Shown: piece after piece, positions 9,914-18,961 of the stretch
Layout: each line of letters opens with the position of its first letter
Numbering within the stretch: position 1 is the stretch's first letter
NCBI GenBank assembly: GCA_963780685.1
Contig: CAWACZ010000006.1
Location: 38,683 to 102,682 of the forward strand
Length of the DNA: 64,000 bases
Direction: 5' to 3'
From: an uncultured Acidobacteriota bacterium
GTDB taxonomy: Bacteria > Acidobacteriota > Vicinamibacteria > Vicinamibacterales > CAVVIG01
Notes under the pieces: model-generated
Seen by the model: only the letters and a program-made list of their open reading frames with translations
What the model was told of the DNA's origin: nothing
The model's database searches: none
Program-made: the position numbers and the translations under genes

Positions 9914-10012
9914 ATGGTCGCCTCGATTGGAGTCCCGCAGCTGCTTTTGATCCTTCTTGTGGTGCTGACCGCCTGGGCACTTTACCGGCCTGGCGGTCCG
10001 TTTTCTGGGTGA
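9914..10012 (+). CDS. possible 32-aa membrane peptide with a TatA-like N-terminus
   Basis: ATG 9914 is preceded by aggtga. MVASIGVPQLLLILLVVL resembles the TatA/E start, but the FG-amphipathic helix is absent. Too short for the ORF track. Confidence 0.2.
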   Translation: MVASIGVPQLLLILLVVLTAWALYRPGGPFSG

Positions 10013-10082
10013 CAACACGTCGGCGGCAGGCGACTACAATGATCGCGTAGGTCACGTGCGGGACCTTGGCAGGGAGACTTCA

Positions 10083-11055
10083 ATGATGCGTGCCTGGCAG
10101 ATGAGGGCGATGGTCGCGGCGGTGGTTGCGGTGTCCGTGTCGTCGTGTGCGCGGCAGGTGGAGGGCGACCGTATCGCCGTCTTCACAAAGAACCAGACCA
10201 ATCCCTTTTTCCAAACAGTGCGTCTTGGCGCGGACAGCGCAGCCAGGCAGATGAAGGCGACCGTCGTGCACTACATTCCCACGCAGCCGGACAGCATCCC
10301 TGAGCAGATGAGCCAGATCGAAGATGTCGTCACCAAGCGTCCGAGTGCAGTGGTCTTTATTCCCGTCGACTCGAAGGCCATGGTTCCCGGCGTGCAGAAG
10401 ATGAACGCTGCCGCCATTCCGGTCGTCAACATCGTCGACCATTCACTAGGAGGAGAGCTCCTGAGCTGGGTGGGCTCCGATCGAGTACAGCATGGGGCTG
10501 CTGACCGGGCGGTACCTGCTGCAGAAGATGAACGGCCAGGGCAACGTCATCATCATCGAGGGAGTGCGCGGATCGCTCGGAAGCAACGAACGAGTGCGCG
10601 GCTTCCAGAAAGCACTCGAGGAATTCCCTCAGGCCAAGCTCCTTTCCTCGCAACCCGGAAACTTCCAGCGGCTTCAGGCGCTGCAGGTGACCGAAAACCT
10701 GCTGCAGGCGCACCCGGTGGTCGATGGCATCATGGCCGCCAATGACGCCATGGCCCTCGGGGTGATCGAAGCCTTGGACGCGACGAACCGAAAAGCGCTC
10801 GTTGTCGGCCTCAACGGGACGAAGGAAGCGATCGACGCCATCAAAGCGGGCAAGCTCCTGGCGTCTGGAGAGTTCAACGGCTACTTGCAGGGCTGCATCG
10901 GCACGATGGCCGCCATTCGCCACGTTCGCAAGTTGCCGGTCCCGAAGTCCTTCAGCTTCCCGCCGCGCGTCATCGACAGCACCAACTACCATGGGCTGGA
11001 TGTACCGGAATCGGAGCGCGAGTGCCCCGAATGGGAGACGGTGATTAAGGGATAG
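10083..11055 (+). pseudogene. sugar ABC transporter periplasmic binding lipoprotein (ribose-binding-like), one +1 frame disruption
   Basis: Lipobox VSVSSC. The N-lobe is in ORF 10056..10745 up to SWVGSD. The remainder (MGLLTGRYLL...NVIIIEG...GIMAANDAMALG) is in ORF 10492..11055. The switch is near 10480-10490. Confidence 0.85.
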
Positions 11056-11163
11056 GGGCTGGGGGATAGGGGCTGGGGACTAGGGGCTGGGGGCTAGGGG
11101 CTGGGGGCTGGGGGCAGGGGCTGGGCTGGGTAGAGCTGGGGGCAGAGGCTGGGCGGGCTGGGC
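11052..11163. repeat. G-rich tandem heptamer/14-mer array (TAGGGGC TGGGGGC)n
   Basis: Direct reading: gataggggctggggg ataggggctgggg actaggggctggggg ctaggggctggggg... The first TAG (11053-55) is the stop codon of the upstream gene. Confidence 0.9.
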
Positions 11164-11164
11164 T

Positions 11165-11312
11165 TAAAGCATTTTCCGGTTGTACGTAGTGGGGAAAAAA
11201 GGCGCGAGAAGAGACGCTACCGCACGCTCCAGCCTTCAGGCGGACAGCCGCTGAAGGAGGTGTCGGCTGGCGAAAAGCCGGAATCGACGCGTCACACGGC
11301 AATGGAAACCGC
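11165..11312. mobile_element. small MITE-like element, copy 1 (~148 bp)
   Basis: It shares its termini taaagcattttccggttgtacgtagtg ... cacggcaatggaaaccgc, and the internal gccttcaggcggacagccgc, with 52631..52730. Confidence 0.7.
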
Positions 11313-11363
11313 CCAGTGAGAGTTAGAGGCGGACAGTAGCGAAGTGAACAGAGGGCAAAGAAT

Positions 11364-11548
11364 ACCGGACGAGGCTAGTTGAACTGAACGATGAGCAAGT
11401 TGGTAAGACCGCGCGCAGCGAAGCGTGAACGGAGCGCGGGTTCGGGTCGACGTGACGGCCGACGCGCAGCTGACGACCTCCGCGTGTCGGCTCTCGGCGC
11501 ACATGTGGCCAACGCTCAGCCGCACAAGCTTTCGGCTCATTGAATTTG
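11364..11548 (-). mobile_element. solo arm (~185 nt) of the foldback element
   Basis: Aligns by eye to 13535..13722 and, inverted, to 52449..52640 (...caagttggtaagaccgcgcgc...gggtcgacgtgacggcc...ggccaacgctcagc...ggctcattgaattt). It ends 7 nt before the stop of the gene at 11555. Confidence 0.75.
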
Positions 11549-11554
11549 AAGGTG

Positions 11555-12535
11555 CTAGGCGAACAGCGATGGTTGGCCGCCTGTGTGCCAGAAGAGGATC
11601 GTTTCCCGCGCTCCGAACCGTCCTGTCCGGATGTAGTCGATCAAGCCGGCCATCGCCTTTCCGGTATAGACAGGGTCGAGGAAAAACCCTTCGGTCCTCG
11701 CTGCGAGCTGAATCGCGTCTCGCGCCGCGGCCGTAGGCCGGCCGTATCCCGCCCCGACGTAGTCGCCGTCGACCACCGTTGGAACGCCGCCTCCGAGCGA
11801 GGCGGGATCGGCGCCGAGCAAGCTCGCCACTCCGGCGACGTTGTGTTCGATCTGCGTCCGTATGGCGCCGACCTGTTCGTCGGCGCTGATTCCGATGATG
11901 CCGGTCTGGAGCCCGAGAAGGCGGCACGCAGCCACGAGGCCCGCCTGTGTTCCGCCCGATGACGTTGCATGGACGATGACGTCGGGAGCGGGGACTTGCT
12001 CGAGGAGCTCGAGCATCGCCAGGGCGAAAGCGCAGGCACCGAGCGGCGTCGAACCACCAACAGGAATGACGAACGGGCGGCGGCCGGCACGACGCAGACG
12101 CTCGGCTGCGTCGTCCATGGCCCGATTGCGCGCCTCGCGCGAATCGACGAAGACGACCTCGGCGCCCAGCAACTCGTCGAGCAGCGCGTTGCCGGACGGG
12201 GCCGCCGGCCGCGGGCCGCTGAGCACGAGAACGGCCTTCATGCCCAGCATCGCCGCCGCTGCCGCAGTGACGCGCGCGTGGTTCGACTGGATTGCCCCCG
12301 CCGTCACGAGCGTGTCGGCGCCTTCCCGCTGCGCGGCCGCGGCGAGCAGCGCGAGCTTGCGGACCTTGTTGCCCCCAAACGCGAAATCGAGCACGTCGTC
12401 GCGTTTGACGAGAAGACTGGGTCCGCCGCCGATTGCGTTCGACAGCCGCGTCATCGGCAGCACCGGTGAAGGGCGCGATGCGAGCGGGACGCGTGGAATA
12501 CGGGATGCCGCAGCGCGGAGCTCGTCGATGGTCAC
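11555..12535 (-). CDS. PLP-dependent D-cysteine desulfhydrase / ACC deaminase family protein
   Basis: KRDDVLDFAFGGNKVRKLALL (the GGNKxRKL motif), then TAGAIQSNHARVTAAAA, and family-like sequence along the full 326 aa. Confidence 0.9.
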   Translation of the reverse strand: MTIDELRAAASRIPRVPLASRPSPVLPMTRLSNAIGGGPSLLVKRDDVLDFAFGGNKVRKLALLAAAAQREGADTLVTAGAIQSNHARVTAAAAAMLGMKAVLVLSGPRPAAPSGNALLDELLGAEVVFVDSREARNRAMDDAAERLRRAGRRPFVIPVGGSTPLGACAFALAMLELLEQVPAPDVIVHATSSGGTQAGLVAACRLLGLQTGIIGISADEQVGAIRTQIEHNVAGVASLLGADPASLGGGVPTVVDGDYVGAGYGRPTAAARDAIQLAARTEGFFLDPVYTGKAMAGLIDYIRTGRFGARETILFWHTGGQPSLFA

Positions 12536-12566
12536 GTCATCATCTTATTTCGGTGGACGCGATCTT

Positions 12567-12971
12567 TCATGAATTCCACGGCAGTCGACGACCGCTGCGG
12601 CGCAAAATCAGCGCGCGGAGTATCTCATACAGCAGGTCCGCTGCCGGTGCAGAGTTCAGCAGAAACGAATCAGCACCCGCCCGGTGTGCTGCTTCACGCT
12701 CTTCGGGAGCTGACGCGACGATAATCGACGCCGCGTGATCGGCCAAACCGCGCAACTCGGGCACGATCGATCCGCTGTCGTGAACCGACGCGATCACTAC
12801 CACAACCTCTGGTGTAATCTGCTGAAAGTAGTCCACTGCTTTGGCAAGTTCTCGGCAGTGATAGACAATCAGTCCATTCGCGCGCAACAGGTCGACATCG
12901 GCGAGCTGCGATCTGTCGCTTTCCAGCAATAAAACAGTCCCGCGCATCTGGTGGCCATGACATTTTCGCAC
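12567..12971 (-). CDS. receiver-like (CheY-fold) protein lacking the canonical phospho-acceptor Asp and conserved Lys
   Basis: Receiver-like beta/alpha pattern: TVLLLESD...PEVVVVIASVHDSG...SIIVASA...GADSFLLNSAP. Ile/Ala sits where the phospho-Asp is expected and Asn where the Lys is expected. Confidence 0.55.
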   Translation of the reverse strand: MRKCHGHQMRGTVLLLESDRSQLADVDLLRANGLIVYHCRELAKAVDYFQQITPEVVVVIASVHDSGSIVPELRGLADHAASIIVASAPEEREAAHRAGADSFLLNSAPAADLLYEILRALILRRSGRRLPWNS

Positions 12972-13061
12972 CGCTGCCGCGCCGCAACGAGTGGCCCGGG
13001 CCCGATGCGCGCCGCATCCGTGGCGTGCGATTCAGGTTGGCGGTGCATGGCGACAGCAAAT

Positions 13062-13735
13062 GCTAATGCCGTTCTGAAATTCGTGGCCGACCGCACAACG
13101 GTCAGCTGAGCGACGCGACCCGCGGCCGGGAAGCATCTCGGGCCGTCGCGCCGTTTCCGTCAGCCCGAAAAACGGCGTTACGCTCGCTTTCCTTCCGCTG
13201 GCGCGACCGTCCTACTGCTTCGCGGCATCGCTCCGATCAACGACTACCGCCTCGGGCAACGCCTTGGTCCGAGTGACCTCGCGGCAGACGGCCGCGCAGG
13301 ACTCGGCTTCACGCCGTTTTTCCTGCACGGTGGCGGGCTGACTCCAAACGGCGCGCCGCCCGAGACGCTTCCCGCCAGTGCCCGGAGCCGAGGACGGTGA
13401 TGCGGAGGGTCGTCGGCTGGCGCAAGGGCCGTGAAGTCGAACCGTCACGCTTCAGGAAAACCCGCGCGCAGTGAGTTCCGTCGCGGCGGTCTTTCACGAT
13501 GTCACCCGAGGGCCCCAAGCATCCCGGACGGGGCTAGTTGATCTGAGCGATGCCGCAAGTTGGTAGGACCGCCGCGCAGCGATAGAGTGGCGAACGGAGC
13601 GCGGGTTTTCCGGGTCGACGATGACGGCCCGACGCGCCAGCTGACGGCCCTCCGCCGTGGCGCCAAATGCGGCCAACGCTCAGCAGCACAAGCTTTCGGC
13701 TCATTGAATTTCCGACAGGCATGGCAATGCCTGCT
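13062..13735 (-). mobile_element. foldback element, full copy (~670 bp), inverted relative to the copy at 52.4 kb
   Basis: Ends are taatgccgttctgaaattc (13064) and gaatttccgacaggcatggc (13706). The interior is collinear with the reverse complement of 52432..53224, minus the nested insertion. Confidence 0.8.
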
Positions 13736-13802
13736 GTTGAGCGGTCATCGTCACCAACGACCGTCCACCCACATTGATGCGCGCAGGAAGCGACGTAAGT
13801 AT

Positions 13803-15443
13803 TCACGATCTCATGAGGAGCCGACGGAACACCTCGTCGAGGGCTGCTTTCGGGCGTTGCGAGGTGGTCTTGGCCCGCCACGCGACAAAGCCGTCGGGTC
13901 GGATGAGTACCGCCCCTGAAGGCATCAGACCGTAGGCGGCCGCGAACTCACCCTGAGGAGCCGCGAGGTCTGGTCCGCCCACCAGGTGCGTGTCCAGCTC
14001 GAGTCCTGTGAAATCTCCGGCGCTCGCTCGCGCAGCATCAATCCACGTGGCGCCTTCGGCACCAGCGAGGAGCACGAACGAGCGGCCGAACAGATCGATG
14101 GTCGACGTCCTTTGCCCACGCCATTCGAGCCACATGTGCGGAGCACGCGAGCCGGGCCGGCCGTGCGATTCGTGCGGGCTCTCGTGTCCCCGATCCAGGT
14201 CGTCTTCCGAGACGATGGCTTCGGAGCGATACAGATACCCGAGCTCGATGTGGAAATCGTCGACCTGGGGCTGATAGTCCTTCGCGCCCAGGTAGGTCGC
14301 AGAACGGGTTACGTAGCGTGTGTACGCCTGCTCGACGGTGAACTTGCCGACCGGCTTGCGCTCCGCCTCGTAGGTTTCGAGTAACTCGCCGCCTGCGACG
14401 CCTTTCAGCACCAGCGCCAGCTTCCACGCCAGGTTATGGCCGTCGTGAATGCCCGTGTTGCCGCCGTATCCACCGTTTGGTGGCATCAGGTGTGCCGAGT
14501 CGCCGGCCAGAAAAACCCGCCCGTCGCGAAAGCGCCGTGCGACATCGGAGGTCGCCCTCCAACGCGCCACGCCGTCGATCGTCACCGGCAGATCGGGAAC
14601 GCCTGCGCCTGCGCGAACCAGCTCGATGAGACGCTCCTGGCGAACATCGGATGCAGGGCTTGCGGCCTCGGGGCGTGACGTGTCGCCGGCTGTATTGACG
14701 ACGAGAAAGCCGGAATTCTGGTCCTTGTCGAGGCGGAAGAAGCCCGCCAGCACCGAATTGGTGACGTAGATGACGCTCAGGTTCTTGCCGACGAGCAGCG
14801 GCGCCACCGGGGCATGGAAATAGATCGTGATGCTGTTCGAGAACACGCCGCGGCCGTCGAACTCGATACCGGCGAGTTCCCGCACCCGGCTGTGGGCGCC
14901 GTCCGCGCCGACGAGGTACTTGGCCCGCAGCCGACGCTCCGTGCCGGTGTCGAGCTCCTTCACTGTCGCGGTGATGCTGCTTCCATCCTGCTCGATTCCG
15001 ATGACCTCCGTTCCCTCCATGACGCGGGCGCCCGCCTGTTCCGCTCGCGCCCGGAGAATCGGTTCGAGGCCGGGTTGAGTGATGAACAGCCGGCGACACG
15101 GGCTCAGCGCGTCGACGCCCTCGTTGAGGCTGGGAATGAAGCCGGCGATTTGCTTACCGGCAAGGGAGTCCATCAGTACGACGGCCCCCTCCGGTTCGAA
15201 TTCTTTCAGCGACTGGCGGCGCACCTCGGGCTCGATGCCGGCCGAGCGGAAGAGCTCGAGCGTTCGCATGTGAAAAAATGCCGCGCGCGGAACGGGCGAC
15301 CCTCCACGCAGGCGTTCGACGGCAAGGGAGGCAATGCCGTGTTGCGCCAGGAACATGGCGGTCGACAAGCCGACCAGGCCACCACCCGCGATGAGGACGG
15401 GAGCATCCATCTCGATTCCGGCCGAGTCGCCGTGTCCACTCAT
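13803..15443 (-). CDS. FAD-dependent aromatic-ring monooxygenase (PheA/TfdB-type)
   Basis: VLIAGGGLVGLSTAMFLAQHGI dinucleotide fold. GDSAHLMPPNGGYGGNTGIHDGHNLAWKL FAD/substrate block. ~150-aa C-terminal thioredoxin-like extension. Confidence 0.9.
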   Translation of the reverse strand: MSGHGDSAGIEMDAPVLIAGGGLVGLSTAMFLAQHGIASLAVERLRGGSPVPRAAFFHMRTLELFRSAGIEPEVRRQSLKEFEPEGAVVLMDSLAGKQIAGFIPSLNEGVDALSPCRRLFITQPGLEPILRARAEQAGARVMEGTEVIGIEQDGSSITATVKELDTGTERRLRAKYLVGADGAHSRVRELAGIEFDGRGVFSNSITIYFHAPVAPLLVGKNLSVIYVTNSVLAGFFRLDKDQNSGFLVVNTAGDTSRPEAASPASDVRQERLIELVRAGAGVPDLPVTIDGVARWRATSDVARRFRDGRVFLAGDSAHLMPPNGGYGGNTGIHDGHNLAWKLALVLKGVAGGELLETYEAERKPVGKFTVEQAYTRYVTRSATYLGAKDYQPQVDDFHIELGYLYRSEAIVSEDDLDRGHESPHESHGRPGSRAPHMWLEWRGQRTSTIDLFGRSFVLLAGAEGATWIDAARASAGDFTGLELDTHLVGGPDLAAPQGEFAAAYGLMPSGAVLIRPDGFVAWRAKTTSQRPKAALDEVFRRLLMRS

Positions 15444-15462
15444 GTCATCACCTTGCTGCGCT

Positions 15463-16211
15463 CTACCTTCCGCCCGTCACGTCCACGAACGCGCCTGTCG
15501 TGAAAGAAGCCTCTTCGGACAGCAGCCAGAGAATGGCCTTCGCGACCTCGTCCGGATTCCCGCCGCGTTTCATCGGCACGAACGCCTTGACGCGATCGAC
15601 GCGATTCGGCTCGCCGCCGCTCGCATGAAGCTCCGTGTAGATGAATCCGGGCCGAACGGCGTTCACCCGGATCCCTTCCTCCGCAACCTCTCGCGCGAGT
15701 CCGATGGTCAACGTGTCCATCGCCCCCTTCGAGGCGGCATAGTCGACGTATTCTCCTGGAGAGCCGAGCCGCGAGGCCCCGGACGACACGTTGACAATCG
15801 CGCCCGCCGGCGCCGCCGCGCTTCGTGGACATCCGGCGCACGGCCTCGCGAGCGCAGACAAAAGCGCTGACGACATTGGTCGCCAGGACTCGTTGCACGC
15901 GCGCGGCAGTCCATCTGCTCGACGCGCATCTGAGTCTCCACGATCCCGACATTGTTCACGAGCGCTGTCAGCGTGCCGAGCTTTGCGTCGCAGGTCTCGA
16001 ACAGGCGCACGACGTCCGCCTCCACCGAAACGTCGGCCGCCACCGCAATCGCGCTCCTCCCCTGGGCCTCGACGGCCTTGACGACGCGCTCGGCCGCGTC
16101 GCGTTGTCGACGATAGTTCACGCACACCGAGTATCCGCGCTCGGCGGCCAGTTGCGCGGTGGCGGCTCCGATGCCGCGACTGCCGCCAGTGACGAGGAGG
16201 ATTTTATTCAC
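15463..16211 (-). pseudogene. short-chain dehydrogenase/reductase, two +1 frame disruptions
   Basis: The protein runs through three frames: VNKILLVTGGSRGIGAATA...NNVGIVE (frame of 15708..16415), then AARVQRVLATNVVSAFVCAREAVRRMSTKRGGAGG (frame of 15440..15952), then AIVNVSSGASRLG...YAASKGAMD (frame of 15463..16125). GTG 16211 overlaps the upstream TGA. Confidence 0.8.
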
Positions 16212-16717
16212 GCTGCCGAGAATTCGGGCCGATATCGCACCACGCCGCCCGAGTGCGGCAGAGACCCAGTTCGCAGCTCCAGAACCATGAACGCCTCGCG
16301 TGGAACCGTGTGTTCGTATCGAAGGCCTTTGGTGTCCGCCGGCACGAAGCCGAACCTGGGGTAGTACTCGGGATGCCCGACGACGACGAGAGCATCGTGT
16401 CCGAGCGACCGACAAAGGTCGATACCTGCGCGTACGAGCTGCGAACCGATGCCTTGACGCTGCAGCTCCGGCAACACCGCGACCGGGCCGAGGCCGAAAG
16501 CGACGGTCTCAGGCCCGGTTCCCTCGATCTGAACGGGGCTGAACAGAATGTGACCGACGATCCGATCGCCGTCCGAGGCGACCAGGGAGATCGTGTCCGG
16601 CGATCCACGCAGCGCGTCGACAATCGCTGCTTCAATCGGCCCGCCAAAGGCACGTTGGTTGACGGTCCGCACGCCGTCGACGTCGCGCGGCTCCTCAGGT
16701 CGGACGCTGACGCTCAT
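16208..16717 (-). CDS. GNAT family N-acetyltransferase
   Basis: MSVSVRPEEPRD...VAVLPELQRQGIGSQLV (the Q/RxxGxG/A acetyl-CoA motif). ATGA overlap with the upstream peptidase gene. Confidence 0.85.
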   Translation of the reverse strand: MSVSVRPEEPRDVDGVRTVNQRAFGGPIEAAIVDALRGSPDTISLVASDGDRIVGHILFSPVQIEGTGPETVAFGLGPVAVLPELQRQGIGSQLVRAGIDLCRSLGHDALVVVGHPEYYPRFGFVPADTKGLRYEHTVPREAFMVLELRTGSLPHSGGVVRYRPEFSAA

Positions 16718-18201
16718 CGTCCCGCAGGAGACTGCGCCCTTGCCAGCTCTGACACGACGTCCCAGGCAAAGCGGACGAAGCGGTGCAGCTCGCTCTCGAG
16801 AATGCGCTCCTGATCGCTGTGGGCTCCAAAACCCTTTGGCCCGTCTTCGACGTCGGCTGCAGGGCCGATTCCGAAGCACTGGACGCCCTTGGCCCGCAGC
16901 TGCGCCATGTCGCTCGCGCCGGTCGACATGATGGGAATGGCGACGGTCCGGTAGCGCGCGTTCACCGCCGATTCGATGACCTTGAAGGCCTCGGAGTCGA
17001 GTCGCGCCGCGGTCGTCGACCGGGGCCGTTCCACTCGCGGTCCATAACGCACGTCGACGGCAGCATCGTTCACCACGCTTCTGAGGGTATCGAGAAACTC
17101 CTCCGGATCCTGGTCTGGCACCATCCGCACATCCAGCGTCGCCTTCGCCTCGGACGGGATGACGTTGACGCGATACCCGCCATCGATGATGGTGGGCGAC
17201 ACCGATGTATGGAGCATCGAGGCATGATTGGGTTCGTTGTTCTGAAAATACGCCAAAGCCTCGGCGGCCTCTTTCGTGCCTGGCGACAGCACAGCCCGAT
17301 AGAGGGCGGCCTGCTCAGGCGCCGACACCGCGGCGAGACGCGTGAAATACGACCTCGTGACCTCGTTCAACCGGATCGGAGCCTGCCACGCTGCCACCGC
17401 CGCCACGGCAGCGGCGAGGCGGGCGACTGGATTGTCGACGAGCGGGACCGAGGCATGGCCGGACGTCCCGCGTGCCGTCAGCTGAACCGAACGCGCATGC
17501 TTTTCGAGCGCCTGAATGCCGGCAAAGGTGACCGTTCCGCCGGCTCGCCGGACTCCGCCGCCCTCGGCCAGACAATACTCCGCGTCGATCTCGGCGTAGT
17601 GGCGCTCGATCATGAAGTTGATCCCGACGTTGGGCTCGCCTTCCTCGCCGGCTTCGGCCAGGAAGATCACGTCCCGATCGAGCGGCAGACTCTGTCGTTT
17701 CAGCAGCAACATCACCATCAGCGAGGCGACCACATTATCTTTGTCGTCGAGGGTGCCTCGACCGTAGACGTATCCGCTGTCGCGCGCTGCAGCGAAAGGA
17801 GGAAACGTCCATTTCGCAGCGTCCACCGAGACGACGTCGGTATGCGCCATCATCAGAAGCGGCCGCTTCCGTCCGGTGCCTTTGAGCCTGGCGACGAGAT
17901 TCGCCCGCGCGGGATCCAACGCGAACGTTCGAACTGCAATACCTTCCTTCTCGAGCACGCCTTTCAGATATTCGACAGCACGCGATTCGTTGCCGGGCGG
18001 GCTACTGGTGTCGAGGCGCAGCAACGATTGGAAATGTTGGAGCGTTTCCTCCTCGATTCGAGTCCAGTCCGAAGGCGGGCTCTGTCCCTGCGCTCCTCGA
18101 TCGTCGAGCGAGAGCGCCATCAGAATCAGGGCTGCGGCCGCAAGTCGATGAATGGTCCACCGAAAGCGCGCTCCATTCCTCGCCGTCTTATGCATCTTCA
18201 C
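16714..18201 (-). CDS. secreted M20/M28-type metallopeptidase
   Basis: Signal-like N-terminus, then MMAHTDVV, GTLDDKDNV and FLAEAGEEGE blocks. Confidence 0.9.
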   Translation of the reverse strand: MKMHKTARNGARFRWTIHRLAAAALILMALSLDDRGAQGQSPPSDWTRIEEETLQHFQSLLRLDTSSPPGNESRAVEYLKGVLEKEGIAVRTFALDPARANLVARLKGTGRKRPLLMMAHTDVVSVDAAKWTFPPFAAARDSGYVYGRGTLDDKDNVVASLMVMLLLKRQSLPLDRDVIFLAEAGEEGEPNVGINFMIERHYAEIDAEYCLAEGGGVRRAGGTVTFAGIQALEKHARSVQLTARGTSGHASVPLVDNPVARLAAAVAAVAAWQAPIRLNEVTRSYFTRLAAVSAPEQAALYRAVLSPGTKEAAEALAYFQNNEPNHASMLHTSVSPTIIDGGYRVNVIPSEAKATLDVRMVPDQDPEEFLDTLRSVVNDAAVDVRYGPRVERPRSTTAARLDSEAFKVIESAVNARYRTVAIPIMSTGASDMAQLRAKGVQCFGIGPAADVEDGPKGFGAHSDQERILESELHRFVRFAWDVVSELARAQSPAGR

Positions 18202-18853
18202 GCCGGTCCACCTCCGGGCGCTGCAAGACCGTCACAATTTCCGTGATACTTCCCAGGACTTGCCGGGCGCCGACAAAGTTGCTTCGACAGGTCAGCGCAG
18301 TCGGCACGACGATGCAGCCGATCCCGGCGGCCCTGGCCGCCGCCAGGCCGCGTTCCGAGTCTTCGACTGCCAGGCACTCCTCGGCGCTGAAGCCGCTTCG
18401 CTCTACAGCCTTCAAGTAGGGCTCCGGGTGCGGCTTGACACGAGTGTAGTCGCTTCCGGTCAGCACGAAATCAAAGTACTTCAGCAGCCCGGATGCCCGA
18501 TGGATGACGTCGAAGTGATCCTTCCGGGAGCTCGTGACAACTCCCATCACATAGTGTCCATGTAGAGCTGCGAGCACGCCTGCGACGCCGTCAATCAGAA
18601 GAGGCGCACGGCCAAGCCACTCGCCATAGAGAGTGTTCCGCTCGGTCCGCAGCCGTTCGATGTCGCTGGCGGTGAAGCCTTTCTCTTCCGCGAGGTGCCA
18701 AGCTCCTCTTCCTTGGACGAGGAACAGCTCCAGGTATTGCTCCGGCGTCAAGGTGATGCCGATCGTCGAGAGGACATGTTGCGTGGCCTGAAAGTAGATG
18801 TGCTCGGTATTCACCAGCACGCCGTCGTTGTCCCAGAAGATGGCTTTGATCAT
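18188..18853 (-). CDS. HAD superfamily hydrolase (beta-phosphoglucomutase-like subfamily)
   Basis: MIKAIFWDNDGVLVNTE (the DxDG motif I), VTSS (motif II), and EDSERGLAAARAAG (motif IV). Confidence 0.85.
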   Translation of the reverse strand: MIKAIFWDNDGVLVNTEHIYFQATQHVLSTIGITLTPEQYLELFLVQGRGAWHLAEEKGFTASDIERLRTERNTLYGEWLGRAPLLIDGVAGVLAALHGHYVMGVVTSSRKDHFDVIHRASGLLKYFDFVLTGSDYTRVKPHPEPYLKAVERSGFSAEECLAVEDSERGLAAARAAGIGCIVVPTALTCRSNFVGARQVLGSITEIVTVLQRPEVDRREDA

Positions 18854-18961
18854 TCGAGAGCAGCCTCCATGCGCCGGCGTCCACCGATCGCTCGGACGAG
18901 AAGGCGGGAAAAGTCTGCTACACTCGCGCGACCATTCGCAAGTTGAACGCTGAAGCGGAAC

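Noticed and set aside
11052-11163. CRISPR array
   Set aside because: The repeat unit is only 7-14 nt with no unique spacers, and there are no cas genes in the window. The same applies to the arrays at 20.2, 22.0, 23.0 and 24.7 kb.
11292-11927. ORFs predicted inside the repeat elements: 11292..11927 -, 13212..13448 -, 13534..13881 -, 52391..52633 +, 52821..53408 +
   Set aside because: The apparent peptide similarity between copies simply reflects nucleotide repeats. The copies differ by indels that break the frames, the composition is not protein-like, and the elements are better explained as non-coding foldback/MITE sequences.
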